From Candidatus Omnitrophota bacterium (GTDB taxonomy: Bacteria > Omnitrophota > Gorgyraeia > Gorgyraeales > Gorgyraeaceae): a stretch of DNA of 64,000 nt. The position numbers and the translations under genes are program-made. The DNA lies in NCBI GenBank assembly GCA_041648935.1, contig JBAZOA010000001.1, forward strand, positions 2,433 through 66,432. Reading direction: 5' to 3'. Below, one piece after another: positions 33,973-42,532 of this stretch (positions are counted from its first letter, which is position 1; the number at the start of each line of letters is the position of its first letter). Under the pieces are notes generated by a model. That model was not told where the DNA came from. It was given only the letters and a program-made list of their open reading frames with translations, and made no database searches.

Positions 33973-35496
33973 TTACTCCCCGCTGGCGTTGATGTCCATG
34001 GTTATGCTGAACTTCACGACCTCCTCGGCCGTATCCTTGTCTTTTTCCACGGAAGACGATATGGGCTTCACGTCCCTGAAAGTGGGGGACGCCTTGAGCG
34101 CCGTGACAAAATTATTGACCGCCTGGTACGAAAACGCCTTGCCGTTCAGGTCCAGACGCCCCAACCCGCTTTTTTCCATGGAGACCACGCCTGAAAAATC
34201 AGTGAGCCAGACATCATCCGGGATTATGCCTGAAATGATGCCGAAGACGTCCAGCCACATGGCCCGGGAAAAAGCCACCTGGTAAATCGCGCCGATCTTC
34301 TCCTTCAGCGCCTCTTCGCTTTCCTGTATTTCTTTTATCTTCGGCTCATAGGTCCTGTAGACCTCCATCATCTCGTCTATCTTTTCCAGCTTGGCCTTCT
34401 TCAGAAAATAATCCTGCCTCATGAAAATAGATACGCTGGCCAATAAAAGCGCCAGGGCGGCGGCGGAAAGACCCGTGTAAACGCGTTTCTGCGCGGCCCT
34501 GGACCTTTCGCTGATCGTCTCTTTCAAAAAATTAACCTCTATCTTTAAAGGCTCCATGTCTCTCAGCGCGAGGCCCACCGCCACGCCGAACTGATTCTTG
34601 ATACCCTTTGCCTGCGCGGCCTGGAACATCTCCTTGGCTATGCGTAATTTTCTAAAGGGGTCCAGGAGACGCGGTTTTACCCCGAGCCGCTCCGCGAACA
34701 CGGCCTCCATGTCCTCAAACAAACTCCCCCCGCCGGTTATTATCAGGTCGTCTAATTTCTTCTTGCCGGACGGGTCCTCGCCCTGCTGCATGAAATAATA
34801 TTCCAACGAGCGCTCTATCTCGGAAATAATCTCCTCCGCGCCCTGGCCGCGCGATTCCCGCATCCTGTCAGCCGCTATGGGAAAACTCCGTATCCACACA
34901 TTTCCCTTGTTATATACTATAAAGTTCGTTGACTTTGAGCCCATGTCGACTATGGCCCCCAGCTTGGAATCATCGTAATCCTCATTAAAGGCCATGCAAT
35001 TATACACGCTCAGGGTGGAGACATCTATTAAAGAAGTCGATAATTTCGCTGACTTCAACGCGGATATCGTATCCTCGATGATATTCTTTTTTATGGCGAT
35101 AATCACCGCCTTCTGTGCCGCGCCCTTGTCCTTATCCAGCACGGCCCAATCCCAATTTACCTCGTTCAGGGGGAAAGGTATCTGGTTCTGGGCCTCGAAC
35201 TTCATTGTCTGCCTCAGCTTATCTTCCTTTACGCTTAACAGCTTGACAAACCTTATGAATACGGATTGGCCGCTCGCGCAGACGTTGACGCTGGACGGTT
35301 TTATCTTGTTTTCGGAAAACAACTGGGATATAAGCTGGGATATGGCCTTGTTCCTGTCCAAGCCGGGGTCATCAGGGATCTCTTTTATGCCGAATTTGGT
35401 CAGCATGACGCCCTTGCCCGCCCTTTTCAATTCCACGAGCTTTATGTACCGGCTGCCTATGTCCAACCCTATTGAACTCGACTTGTGTTTAGCCAT
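33973..35496 (-). CDS. pilMN: PilM-PilN fusion protein
   Basis: N-terminal actin-like PilM (SSIGLDIGSRYIKLVELKR). An internal TM (VYTGLSAAALALLLASVSIFM) is followed by PilN-like coiled-coil and periplasmic regions. 507 aa. Confidence 0.7.
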   Translation of the reverse strand: MAKHKSSSIGLDIGSRYIKLVELKRAGKGVMLTKFGIKEIPDDPGLDRNKAISQLISQLFSENKIKPSSVNVCASGQSVFIRFVKLLSVKEDKLRQTMKFEAQNQIPFPLNEVNWDWAVLDKDKGAAQKAVIIAIKKNIIEDTISALKSAKLSTSLIDVSTLSVYNCMAFNEDYDDSKLGAIVDMGSKSTNFIVYNKGNVWIRSFPIAADRMRESRGQGAEEIISEIERSLEYYFMQQGEDPSGKKKLDDLIITGGGSLFEDMEAVFAERLGVKPRLLDPFRKLRIAKEMFQAAQAKGIKNQFGVAVGLALRDMEPLKIEVNFLKETISERSRAAQKRVYTGLSAAALALLLASVSIFMRQDYFLKKAKLEKIDEMMEVYRTYEPKIKEIQESEEALKEKIGAIYQVAFSRAMWLDVFGIISGIIPDDVWLTDFSGVVSMEKSGLGRLDLNGKAFSYQAVNNFVTALKASPTFRDVKPISSSVEKDKDTAEEVVKFSITMDINASGE

Positions 35497-35685
35497 CTAC
35501 CTTGCCCTTCCCATTATGGCCCTTAGTTTTCTGACGTCGTCCTCCGTGTACTCCCTCCAGCCGTTCAGGGCATTTCTCCCCGGCTCCGGAAACAATTTTT
35601 TATTCTCATAACGAACAAGGGTCTGTTTTGATATACCCAGAAGCCTGGCTGTTTCCGTGACAGAATAGTATTTTTTCTCTTTCAT
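35497..35685 (-). CDS. Small MerR/excisionase-type HTH DNA-binding protein
   Basis: YSVTETARLLGISKQTLVRYE HTH. Start set at MKEKKYY, which has a GAGG SD 9 nt upstream; the longer ORF extension is rejected. Confidence 0.5.
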   Translation of the reverse strand: MKEKKYYSVTETARLLGISKQTLVRYENKKLFPEPGRNALNGWREYTEDDVRKLRAIMGRAR

Positions 35686-35861
35686 ATATAAAACCTCGCT
35701 TTTTAACATCACGCCTATCCGCCCCCCCAGACAAATTAGGCCGAATCTCTTCGGCCTTACCTTGAATGCGCCCCATCTTATGACCCTGATACGGGTTGAT
35801 ATGGAGTGATACAACTATATACTATCAAATAGTGTTTGTCAAGGGCAGGGGGTAAAAATAC

Positions 35862-37664
35862 TTATTCTTCTTTCCAGAACTTGAAGGGCTTTTTGGCGGG
35901 CGCTTCCGGCTTCGGTACGCCTTTTTCGTTTATAGTCCATGCCCTTTCCGCGGGCACGGGATCCATCTCGTCCAGATCGATGACGCCGTTATTGTTCACG
36001 TCTTTCGCGGCCTGAACCTTAAAATAATGGTTGCCATCGGCTAAATCCTTCCTGCCCGCGGACGAATCGCGGGACGACCACTCAGACCATTCCTCATTAT
36101 CAAATTGCCATCTGAACAAACATCCGTCCACGGTGCCCTTAAAGGTAAACAAGGCGTCCCTGGATCTGGTCAGCAGGCTTGGCCCGCTTGTTATCAGGGT
36201 GTCAGGCGCTATTATTATGAGCTCTATGGTATCGCTTACTATCTCTGACTCGTTCCCGGCCGAATCCCTGAATTTCGCGTATACCTTGCGCGTGCCGGTT
36301 ATAGGGGTAAGCACCCAGTTCTCTTTCTTTGTCTGATAAGGCTCCCATGCCTCGGTGTCGAAAACGCCGTCATTTGAAATGGCCATGTACTCCACGTTCG
36401 AGGTGGAGTCGGAGGCGGAGATCGCCAGGTTCACGTAAACCGAATTAGTGGTCGCGTCCTGATTATTTATAATAAGATATCCTGAAGGACCCTTCGTGTC
36501 TACAACGAAACTCCACACCACCGGAGAGGTCTCGTTGCCAACGACATCGCTCACCTGTATGGATACCACGTTATCCCCTTCGCTCAGGGGGGTGGAAGGT
36601 ATGTATATCACGCTCTTCGAGTTTTCGTCATAAGTGGCGTTTACGCTTCCTTTATTTATGGTCATGTTTATGGACTCCGGATCCACGCCGCTGTGATCAT
36701 CCGTAACGCTTATGGAAATAGTCGACCTGTCATTGGATATCATGGCGCTGTTGGTCGGAGAATAACCGCCTATGACAGGACTTGCCCTGTCTATCCATAT
36801 CTCAAAAGAGGCGGTATCGCCCCAATTCCCGGCTGAATTCTGCGCCTTGAGATTAAACACCCTGACTCCGTCGGAAAGCAGGCTCGAGGGCGTCTGATAA
36901 GACACGGATTGCGTGTCCGCCTCATCGTCAGGCACGTCGCCCCAGGCATAGCTGTATCCGATAATCCTGACCCCGGTGACGGGATATTCCCAATACATGT
37001 AAGGGTCGGCGCAGCCCTGCCATAATTTCGCGGGTATGTCCTGGCCCGCGGGGGCTGTCTTGGCCCAGATTATGGGCACGTCCGCCGCTCCTGTAGAAAG
37101 CCTGAATCCGCTCGTGGCCGTCTTCCACCCGGAATAATCATAACCGTCGCTTACCCTCACGCGCCACCTGTAATCCACGCTTTGCTCTGTGGTGGAAAGC
37201 ACGGGGGTAGTGTAGTCATTGCCGCCGGACGCCACGAGGCCTGAATCCACGCTGAGCGTGACAAAATTATCCTTTGATACCTGGACCTGGTAATAACGCT
37301 GTCTGTGGCCGTCTTTATCCGAATAGGCCCAGCTCAAGGTAGGCGTGCTGTCAACGGTTATGAGGCCGTCGTTGAAACTCGTTACGCTGACATCCGGGAT
37401 CATGTTGCTTGAAGCCAGCATGCCTCCGTATATCTTATAGGCCTTTCCTATGGCGACGCTGGTCCCCAAAGGACTGCCGACGCTATTCTGGCTGTTATAA
37501 CTGCTGGAGGCCCCTGCCGCGCCGCCGTTGTCCGCGACCGCGGAGTGAAGCTTATAGCTCTTGCTGGAAGATATGGCCGCGCGCGCGGCGCCCGTGAAAA
37601 TAAAAAAGGCCGCCATCAAAATAATAGCGACCCTTATAATAAATCTATGACATATGTTATTCAT
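35862..37664 (-). CDS. Secreted protein with multiple beta-sandwich (Ig/FN3-like) domains
   Basis: Signal peptide, Ser/Thr/Gly-rich composition, and repeated ~90-aa segments rich in beta-strand motifs. Confidence 0.4.
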   Translation of the reverse strand: MNNICHRFIIRVAIILMAAFFIFTGAARAAISSSKSYKLHSAVADNGGAAGASSSYNSQNSVGSPLGTSVAIGKAYKIYGGMLASSNMIPDVSVTSFNDGLITVDSTPTLSWAYSDKDGHRQRYYQVQVSKDNFVTLSVDSGLVASGGNDYTTPVLSTTEQSVDYRWRVRVSDGYDYSGWKTATSGFRLSTGAADVPIIWAKTAPAGQDIPAKLWQGCADPYMYWEYPVTGVRIIGYSYAWGDVPDDEADTQSVSYQTPSSLLSDGVRVFNLKAQNSAGNWGDTASFEIWIDRASPVIGGYSPTNSAMISNDRSTISISVTDDHSGVDPESINMTINKGSVNATYDENSKSVIYIPSTPLSEGDNVVSIQVSDVVGNETSPVVWSFVVDTKGPSGYLIINNQDATTNSVYVNLAISASDSTSNVEYMAISNDGVFDTEAWEPYQTKKENWVLTPITGTRKVYAKFRDSAGNESEIVSDTIELIIIAPDTLITSGPSLLTRSRDALFTFKGTVDGCLFRWQFDNEEWSEWSSRDSSAGRKDLADGNHYFKVQAAKDVNNNGVIDLDEMDPVPAERAWTINEKGVPKPEAPAKKPFKFWKEE

Positions 37665-37675
37665 ATATTAGCTTG

Positions 37676-37704
37676 ATTATAATAAATCAAAAAAATATAA
37701 TCAA
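37676..37704 (-). promoter_or_regulatory. Candidate promoter (TTGATT-17-TATAAT) for the 600-aa secreted protein gene
   Basis: Minus strand reads TTGATTatatttttttgatttatTATAAT, ending about 12 nt before the ATG; this would give a near-leaderless transcript. Confidence 0.3.
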
Positions 37705-37761
37705 GAGAAATATTACTTTCTTTGACCGCCAGGCCTAAAGAAACAATTTAATTTAAAAACG

Positions 37762-40700
37762 TTATCTCTCGAAGACCGCCCAGATCTTCTTCTCTGCCAG
37801 GACCTTTCCGTTTTCCAGCACCTGCGCGGTGACAATAATCCTGTAAAGATTGGAATGCACCGTGACAAGATTCGATATCCGCTTGAATCTGTTCTTTTTA
37901 TCCGCGTCGCTTGAGCCGAGCGTGTCCGCGTAAAGCAGGTCTCCTATGCCCAGCTTCAATCCGCCCTTATTACCGAATACCCTGTTATTTACAATGCTAT
38001 TCGCCGTGGCGTCGTCTATGCCGGGCAGGACAGCCAGGATACGGTTGGACGCGGTGTTGACATTCACCCTCCCGTCAAAGGTATTTACGGGATCCAGCCT
38101 TATGAAATCAAAATGCGCGGCGCCTGTCTTTGAGCGATTTTTTATCTTTAACTCCAAGATGCCCGTCCCTATCTCTACGTCCCCGAAAACTATCCCATTA
38201 TCCGGGCCCGGGCTTAACGCCGGGGTCCATTGACTCCAGGTCCCGTCAGCCAGGCGCGCTGAAACGCTGATCTCTTCCTCTTCCTGGCCGAATATCCTCA
38301 GTTTATAATAACCGTCTTCCGCCTCCCATTTCCAGGTTCCTATGGAATCCGGCGAACCGCTTTCGAAATGGTCTGTCAGGGGCGCGGCCCTCTGCACGAT
38401 CTTCCATCCGCTTTCAGATTCAGGGACCATATGTCCTTCCGCCTCAAGCCGTATCCCGAATACCGTCAGCCTGTCCGCTATCTTCGCCACGTCTTCCGTC
38501 GTAATGGTTGACCAGTCATCCAGGCCTATCGGCACGAACCCGGCCTCTCCCACTGAGGAAAAATTCCTGTTCTTCACGTTCACTTCCGTGTCGTAATGCT
38601 CTATTATCTCCTCTCCTATCCTCTCTTTCATGCCCTCGTTATTGTTCGGCAGGCCGGGCGTCCCGCCTTTATCCGCTGCCGAGACATGCCAGTTATCAGG
38701 CGCCCCGTTATTGTTCGAATCGATCACGTGGCTCGGATCTGATTTTTCCAGGCTCTTGCTGTTCGTGACGCGGCCGGAAAAATATTCCTCCTTGTCAACA
38801 ACGTGGCCCATCGGGTCTTTTAAAATAATTATATTCCCGCCCACGGCGTCGGTGTTTGATAATAGGTCCGACTGCGGCGTTATGGTCCTTAAAAAATGCA
38901 GGGCCGCTGACCTCTGCCTGCCCCAGATGGAAACAAAAGATAATCCGTTGCCGCTTATCCCGGACTGAGAATCGTCTTTATCCACGGCGAGCGCCAGGTG
39001 TTCGTGCGGCCCTATGGTTGTCCCCAAAGGGATGGTGGCCGGCCATCCTTCCTTGCCGGGACCCTCCAGACTCCAGCCGCTCAGGTTTACCTCGCGCGGC
39101 GTCAGATTTATAAGCTCCACGTATTCCCCGTCCGGCTCCTGGCTCAATTCCACTGATTTAAAATAAGTCTCCCCGGCCGGGAGATTATTCTGCACGCTGA
39201 CCGTGAGTTTTCCGCCCGAGACGGTCAAGACCTTGCCTCCGCCGAACAAATCCCCGTCCTTCAGATTCTTAGAGTAAGATCCGTTGATCTCGGCGTCTCC
39301 TATGTCGCGTCCGGACGCGCCGCCAAAAAACCTGACATAATATTTCCCGGCGGGTATGTCTTTCCATGTCCACGTCCCTTCGCCCTGTTTTCCGCCGTTC
39401 GGCTTATCATTCCGATAAAAACCATTCTGCCATGCCCAATCACCTCCCGGCTCCTGTCCGCTGAAGGCCTCCCTGGCGATGACCGGTTTTACCATTATCT
39501 CGTTTATCCTTATGCCTTCACAGCCGCGTATCTCGACTGAGCTAAAACCCTGCTGGCCTAAGCGCGGATACAGTTCCAGGTAAGAAAAATAACACGTCTT
39601 ATCCGAATTATTCGTGATCATGAGGTTAAGGATCCTGTCCGCGAAAGACACTGCCCCCATCCTCAATATCTCCCCGTGCGCGACCGAACCCTGAGTCATG
39701 TTGTTTATCGTAATGTCCCCGACCAATTCGTCTTTCACGCCGAATACGCCCACGTAATATTCGCCTTCCGGCACATTCAGCCAGGTCAGTATGAGGTCCT
39801 GGCCTTCCCTGATATCGCTCTCGTAACGCCCGCCGCGCCATATCCAATCCCCGATGGGCCCTTTATTTATCGCGGAAAGCCTGTTATACAGCTTTGTCAC
39901 GACGCTCTGGCTGAAATCTTCGTCACAGGCGTCTATCATGTTCACCGCCTTCTGAAAAGGATCCCTGACGCCGGCATCCTCCAGCGATACCAGCAGAGAA
40001 TTCGCGTCCATGAAATTTATATTATTCCTAAGGCGGCCTTCGACATCCACGTTCCTGTCGGTCGAATAAGTTGTCAGATAAGCGCACAAATCCCTGACCG
40101 TCTCCCTGGGGATAGACCTGATCTTGCTTATCTCGAAAGGGGTCTCGAACGCCCTGTCGTCCCCGGCCGGGGATTTAGGGGAAAATTCGAGCGGCTCGTC
40201 GACGCCTTCGCCGGATTCGTCTATGACCCCGTCCGCGTTATTGTCTATGCCGTCGTAATCCAATATCCTCTGGTTCTGGTTATCATCAACGCCCGCGGCG
40301 CCGGGCTGGCCGTCCGGACCGTATCTGAAATCGGCCACGTCCTCATATATGTCTTCTGAATTGTCCAGCTTGAATGAATCGAAAAATTTCTTGAGGTCCA
40401 GCTCGAAAGGCGCCCAGCCCTCCGTGACCTTTAAAGGCGAGAGATTCTGCTTGTCCGCGATATTGATGTTCAGCAGGCCGGCTTCGTCCTTTACCAGCAC
40501 GGCGTAGCGGCCTATCGTGTCCCCGCCGTCGTCCCGGACGTTTATCCATTTTGAATCAGCCTCGCCGTCGGAATCATTGTCTACCTCATCTCCGACGAAG
40601 ACAGCGCGCCAATTATCCTCAAAACTATCTATGTCCCGCTCATCTTCCTCCAGGATGACCTGGGCGTGAGTGATGCCCGTCTCCGCCAGCTGAGACGCCC

Positions 40701-40845
40701 TGACCGCCTCCAAATAATTAACGGCCGCTTTCAGCTCCAGCCGCATGGTAAACGCGAACGCCACCGCCATTATGCCCGCGACCGCCAACACGCTTATTAC
40801 CAGTATTAAAGCAACTCCTCTATCCTCTTTTATCATTCTCATCAT
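37762..40845 (-). CDS. GspK/PilX-like minor pseudopilin, giant variant with lamin-tail domain and C-terminal ComEA-like helix-hairpin-helix
   Basis: N-terminus RGVALILVISVLAVAGIMAVAFAF...LEAVRASQLAETG matches GspK. LTD motif EYVELINLTPREVNLSGWSL. C-terminal HhH VNVNTASNRILAVLPGIDDATANSIVNNR. The track start is TTG; an ATG about 9 codons in, preceded by GGGTGG, is preferred. Confidence 0.55.
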   Translation of the reverse strand: MMRMIKEDRGVALILVISVLAVAGIMAVAFAFTMRLELKAAVNYLEAVRASQLAETGITHAQVILEEDERDIDSFEDNWRAVFVGDEVDNDSDGEADSKWINVRDDGGDTIGRYAVLVKDEAGLLNINIADKQNLSPLKVTEGWAPFELDLKKFFDSFKLDNSEDIYEDVADFRYGPDGQPGAAGVDDNQNQRILDYDGIDNNADGVIDESGEGVDEPLEFSPKSPAGDDRAFETPFEISKIRSIPRETVRDLCAYLTTYSTDRNVDVEGRLRNNINFMDANSLLVSLEDAGVRDPFQKAVNMIDACDEDFSQSVVTKLYNRLSAINKGPIGDWIWRGGRYESDIREGQDLILTWLNVPEGEYYVGVFGVKDELVGDITINNMTQGSVAHGEILRMGAVSFADRILNLMITNNSDKTCYFSYLELYPRLGQQGFSSVEIRGCEGIRINEIMVKPVIAREAFSGQEPGGDWAWQNGFYRNDKPNGGKQGEGTWTWKDIPAGKYYVRFFGGASGRDIGDAEINGSYSKNLKDGDLFGGGKVLTVSGGKLTVSVQNNLPAGETYFKSVELSQEPDGEYVELINLTPREVNLSGWSLEGPGKEGWPATIPLGTTIGPHEHLALAVDKDDSQSGISGNGLSFVSIWGRQRSAALHFLRTITPQSDLLSNTDAVGGNIIILKDPMGHVVDKEEYFSGRVTNSKSLEKSDPSHVIDSNNNGAPDNWHVSAADKGGTPGLPNNNEGMKERIGEEIIEHYDTEVNVKNRNFSSVGEAGFVPIGLDDWSTITTEDVAKIADRLTVFGIRLEAEGHMVPESESGWKIVQRAAPLTDHFESGSPDSIGTWKWEAEDGYYKLRIFGQEEEEISVSARLADGTWSQWTPALSPGPDNGIVFGDVEIGTGILELKIKNRSKTGAAHFDFIRLDPVNTFDGRVNVNTASNRILAVLPGIDDATANSIVNNRVFGNKGGLKLGIGDLLYADTLGSSDADKKNRFKRISNLVTVHSNLYRIIVTAQVLENGKVLAEKKIWAVFER

Positions 40846-40870
40846 TATACAAACCACCCGTTGAATTTGC

Positions 40871-40911
40871 AAATAAAAACCCCGTCCACCAAAAAACTTC
40901 GGTGGACGGGG
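40871..40911 (-). terminator. Rho-independent terminator (bidirectional-type hairpin)
   Basis: CCCCGTCCACC-aaaaaacttc-GGTGGACGGGG is a perfect 11-bp GC-rich stem followed by UUUUUAUUU on the minus strand, 30 nt downstream of the stop of the 40941..41615 gene. Confidence 0.75.
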
Positions 40912-40940
40912 TCATGTCACGAACCAACAAATCTAAATAA

Positions 40941-41615
40941 TTATTTACCCTTTAGCTGGTCAACCATCTGCTGGATTAACTTTCCGGCGATGTCCTTTGA
41001 ACCAATGCCTACCGCTATGGCAACGGCCAACCCTATGGAACCCAGCAATATGTTAATCGTGGTTGTCAATACGGTGGCGGCTATATTAAGCTGTTCCAGG
41101 GTCATCACCACAGAGAAAATCACTATGACTATCTGGGACAACTGGCCTAAAAACTTCGCCTGCGTGATCCCCGCGTTGGTGCTGGCCGTGCGCACTATAG
41201 TCCCTATGACGCTGGCGAAGAATATGCCCAGGGCCAATATGAATATGGCCGCGATCACGTTCGGGATATAGAGTATGACCTTGTCCAACAACGACGCGAC
41301 AACCGTCATCCCAAGGGCATTCAAGGCAGCCATAAACACCAATAACATTATTAACCAATAGATGATTCCGCCTATTAATTCAGCCAGGCTGTTTTTTATG
41401 CCTCCCCGTCTCAATACGTCGGCAAGCCCCGATTTTTCGCTGGCGACGTCGAACTGTATCAGCTTTAACAGCTTTACAACGACGCTCTTCAGCACGGCCG
41501 CTATTATCCAGCCGACTATCAATATCACAAGGATACCTATCAAGGTCGGCAAAAATGTAGCTGCCCTCACCAGCATAGCCTTTACCGGCTCTATCACAAT
41601 AACATTCCAATCCAT
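40941..41615 (-). CDS. Integral membrane protein with repeated conserved TM-helix motifs (MscS-N-terminal-like)
   Basis: 224 aa with 5-6 TM helices and repeated LxxLxxALxILxxG-type segments. Confidence 0.35.
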   Translation of the reverse strand: MDWNVIVIEPVKAMLVRAATFLPTLIGILVILIVGWIIAAVLKSVVVKLLKLIQFDVASEKSGLADVLRRGGIKNSLAELIGGIIYWLIMLLVFMAALNALGMTVVASLLDKVILYIPNVIAAIFILALGIFFASVIGTIVRTASTNAGITQAKFLGQLSQIVIVIFSVVMTLEQLNIAATVLTTTINILLGSIGLAVAIAVGIGSKDIAGKLIQQMVDQLKGK

Positions 41616-41640
41616 ATACTACCCCCTTTCTAAACGAGAA

Positions 41641-41669
41641 AGTATACCCTATGATTATAAAATCGTCAA
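41641..41669 (-). promoter_or_regulatory. Sigma-70-like promoter (TTGACG-17-TATACT)
   Basis: Minus strand reads TTGACGattttataatcatagggTATACT, followed by ttctcgtttagaaAGGGGGtagtATG. Confidence 0.5.
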
Positions 41670-41704
41670 GGGCAACAACCTTACATTCCCGCAATACCGC
41701 TTTG

Positions 41705-42463
41705 TCAAGTTGTTTTGGCCTTGCCCTGTTTTGCCACGGATTCCATGGCTGACTTTACCTTTTCAGGGTCTCCGAGGTAATAATGTCTGATGGGTTTCAG
41801 ATCTTTGGTAAGCTCATAAACGAGCGGGATGCCCGTAGGTATGTTTAACCTGACTATCTCTTCATCTGACATGCTATCCAAATACTTCACTAGTGCCCTT
41901 AAGCTATTGCCGTGCGCGGCTATTATAACCCTCTTGCCTGACCTTACATCCGGCGCTATCACATCCTCCCAATAAGGTACGAACCTGGCCACAGTATCCT
42001 TCAGGCATTCTGTGAGAGGGATGTCTTTTTTATCCAGATCCTTATATCTCGGATCGTTTCCCGGGTAACGCGGGTCGTCTTTCGCGAGGGCCTTTGGCGG
42101 GATGTCGTAACTGCGTCTCCATATTAAAACCTGCTCCTCCCCGAATTTCGCGGCCATCTCTGACTTATTAAGACCCTGCAGCGCTCCGTAATGCCTCTCA
42201 TTCAAGCGCCAGGAATTATATACGGGTATCCACATGAGATCCATCTCGTCCAACGCGATCCACAACGTCCTTATCGCCCTTTTCAGGACAGAGGTATGGG
42301 CGGCGTCAAACACGAACCCTTCTTTCTTTAAAACCCTGCCCGCCTCGCGCGCCTCTTCAACGCCCTTGTCGGACAGATCCACATCAGTCCAGCCGGTGAA
42401 TTTGTTTTCCTTGTTCCAGACGCTTTCCCCGTGCCGCAGAAGAACTACTTTGATATCAGTCAT
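41705..42463 (-). CDS. gpmA: 2,3-bisphosphoglycerate-dependent phosphoglycerate mutase
   Basis: [10 protein letters not shown] catalytic His motif and RAIRTLW; 252 aa, full length. Confidence 0.9.
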   Translation of the reverse strand: MTDIKVVLLRHGESVWNKENKFTGWTDVDLSDKGVEEAREAGRVLKKEGFVFDAAHTSVLKRAIRTLWIALDEMDLMWIPVYNSWRLNERHYGALQGLNKSEMAAKFGEEQVLIWRRSYDIPPKALAKDDPRYPGNDPRYKDLDKKDIPLTECLKDTVARFVPYWEDVIAPDVRSGKRVIIAAHGNSLRALVKYLDSMSDEEIVRLNIPTGIPLVYELTKDLKPIRHYYLGDPEKVKSAMESVAKQGKAKTT

Positions 42464-42532
42464 TATGCAATCTCCGTGTTTTTAATAAATATAATGATAC
42501 ACTAACGCCTTTTAAAAATCAAAGAAAATATG

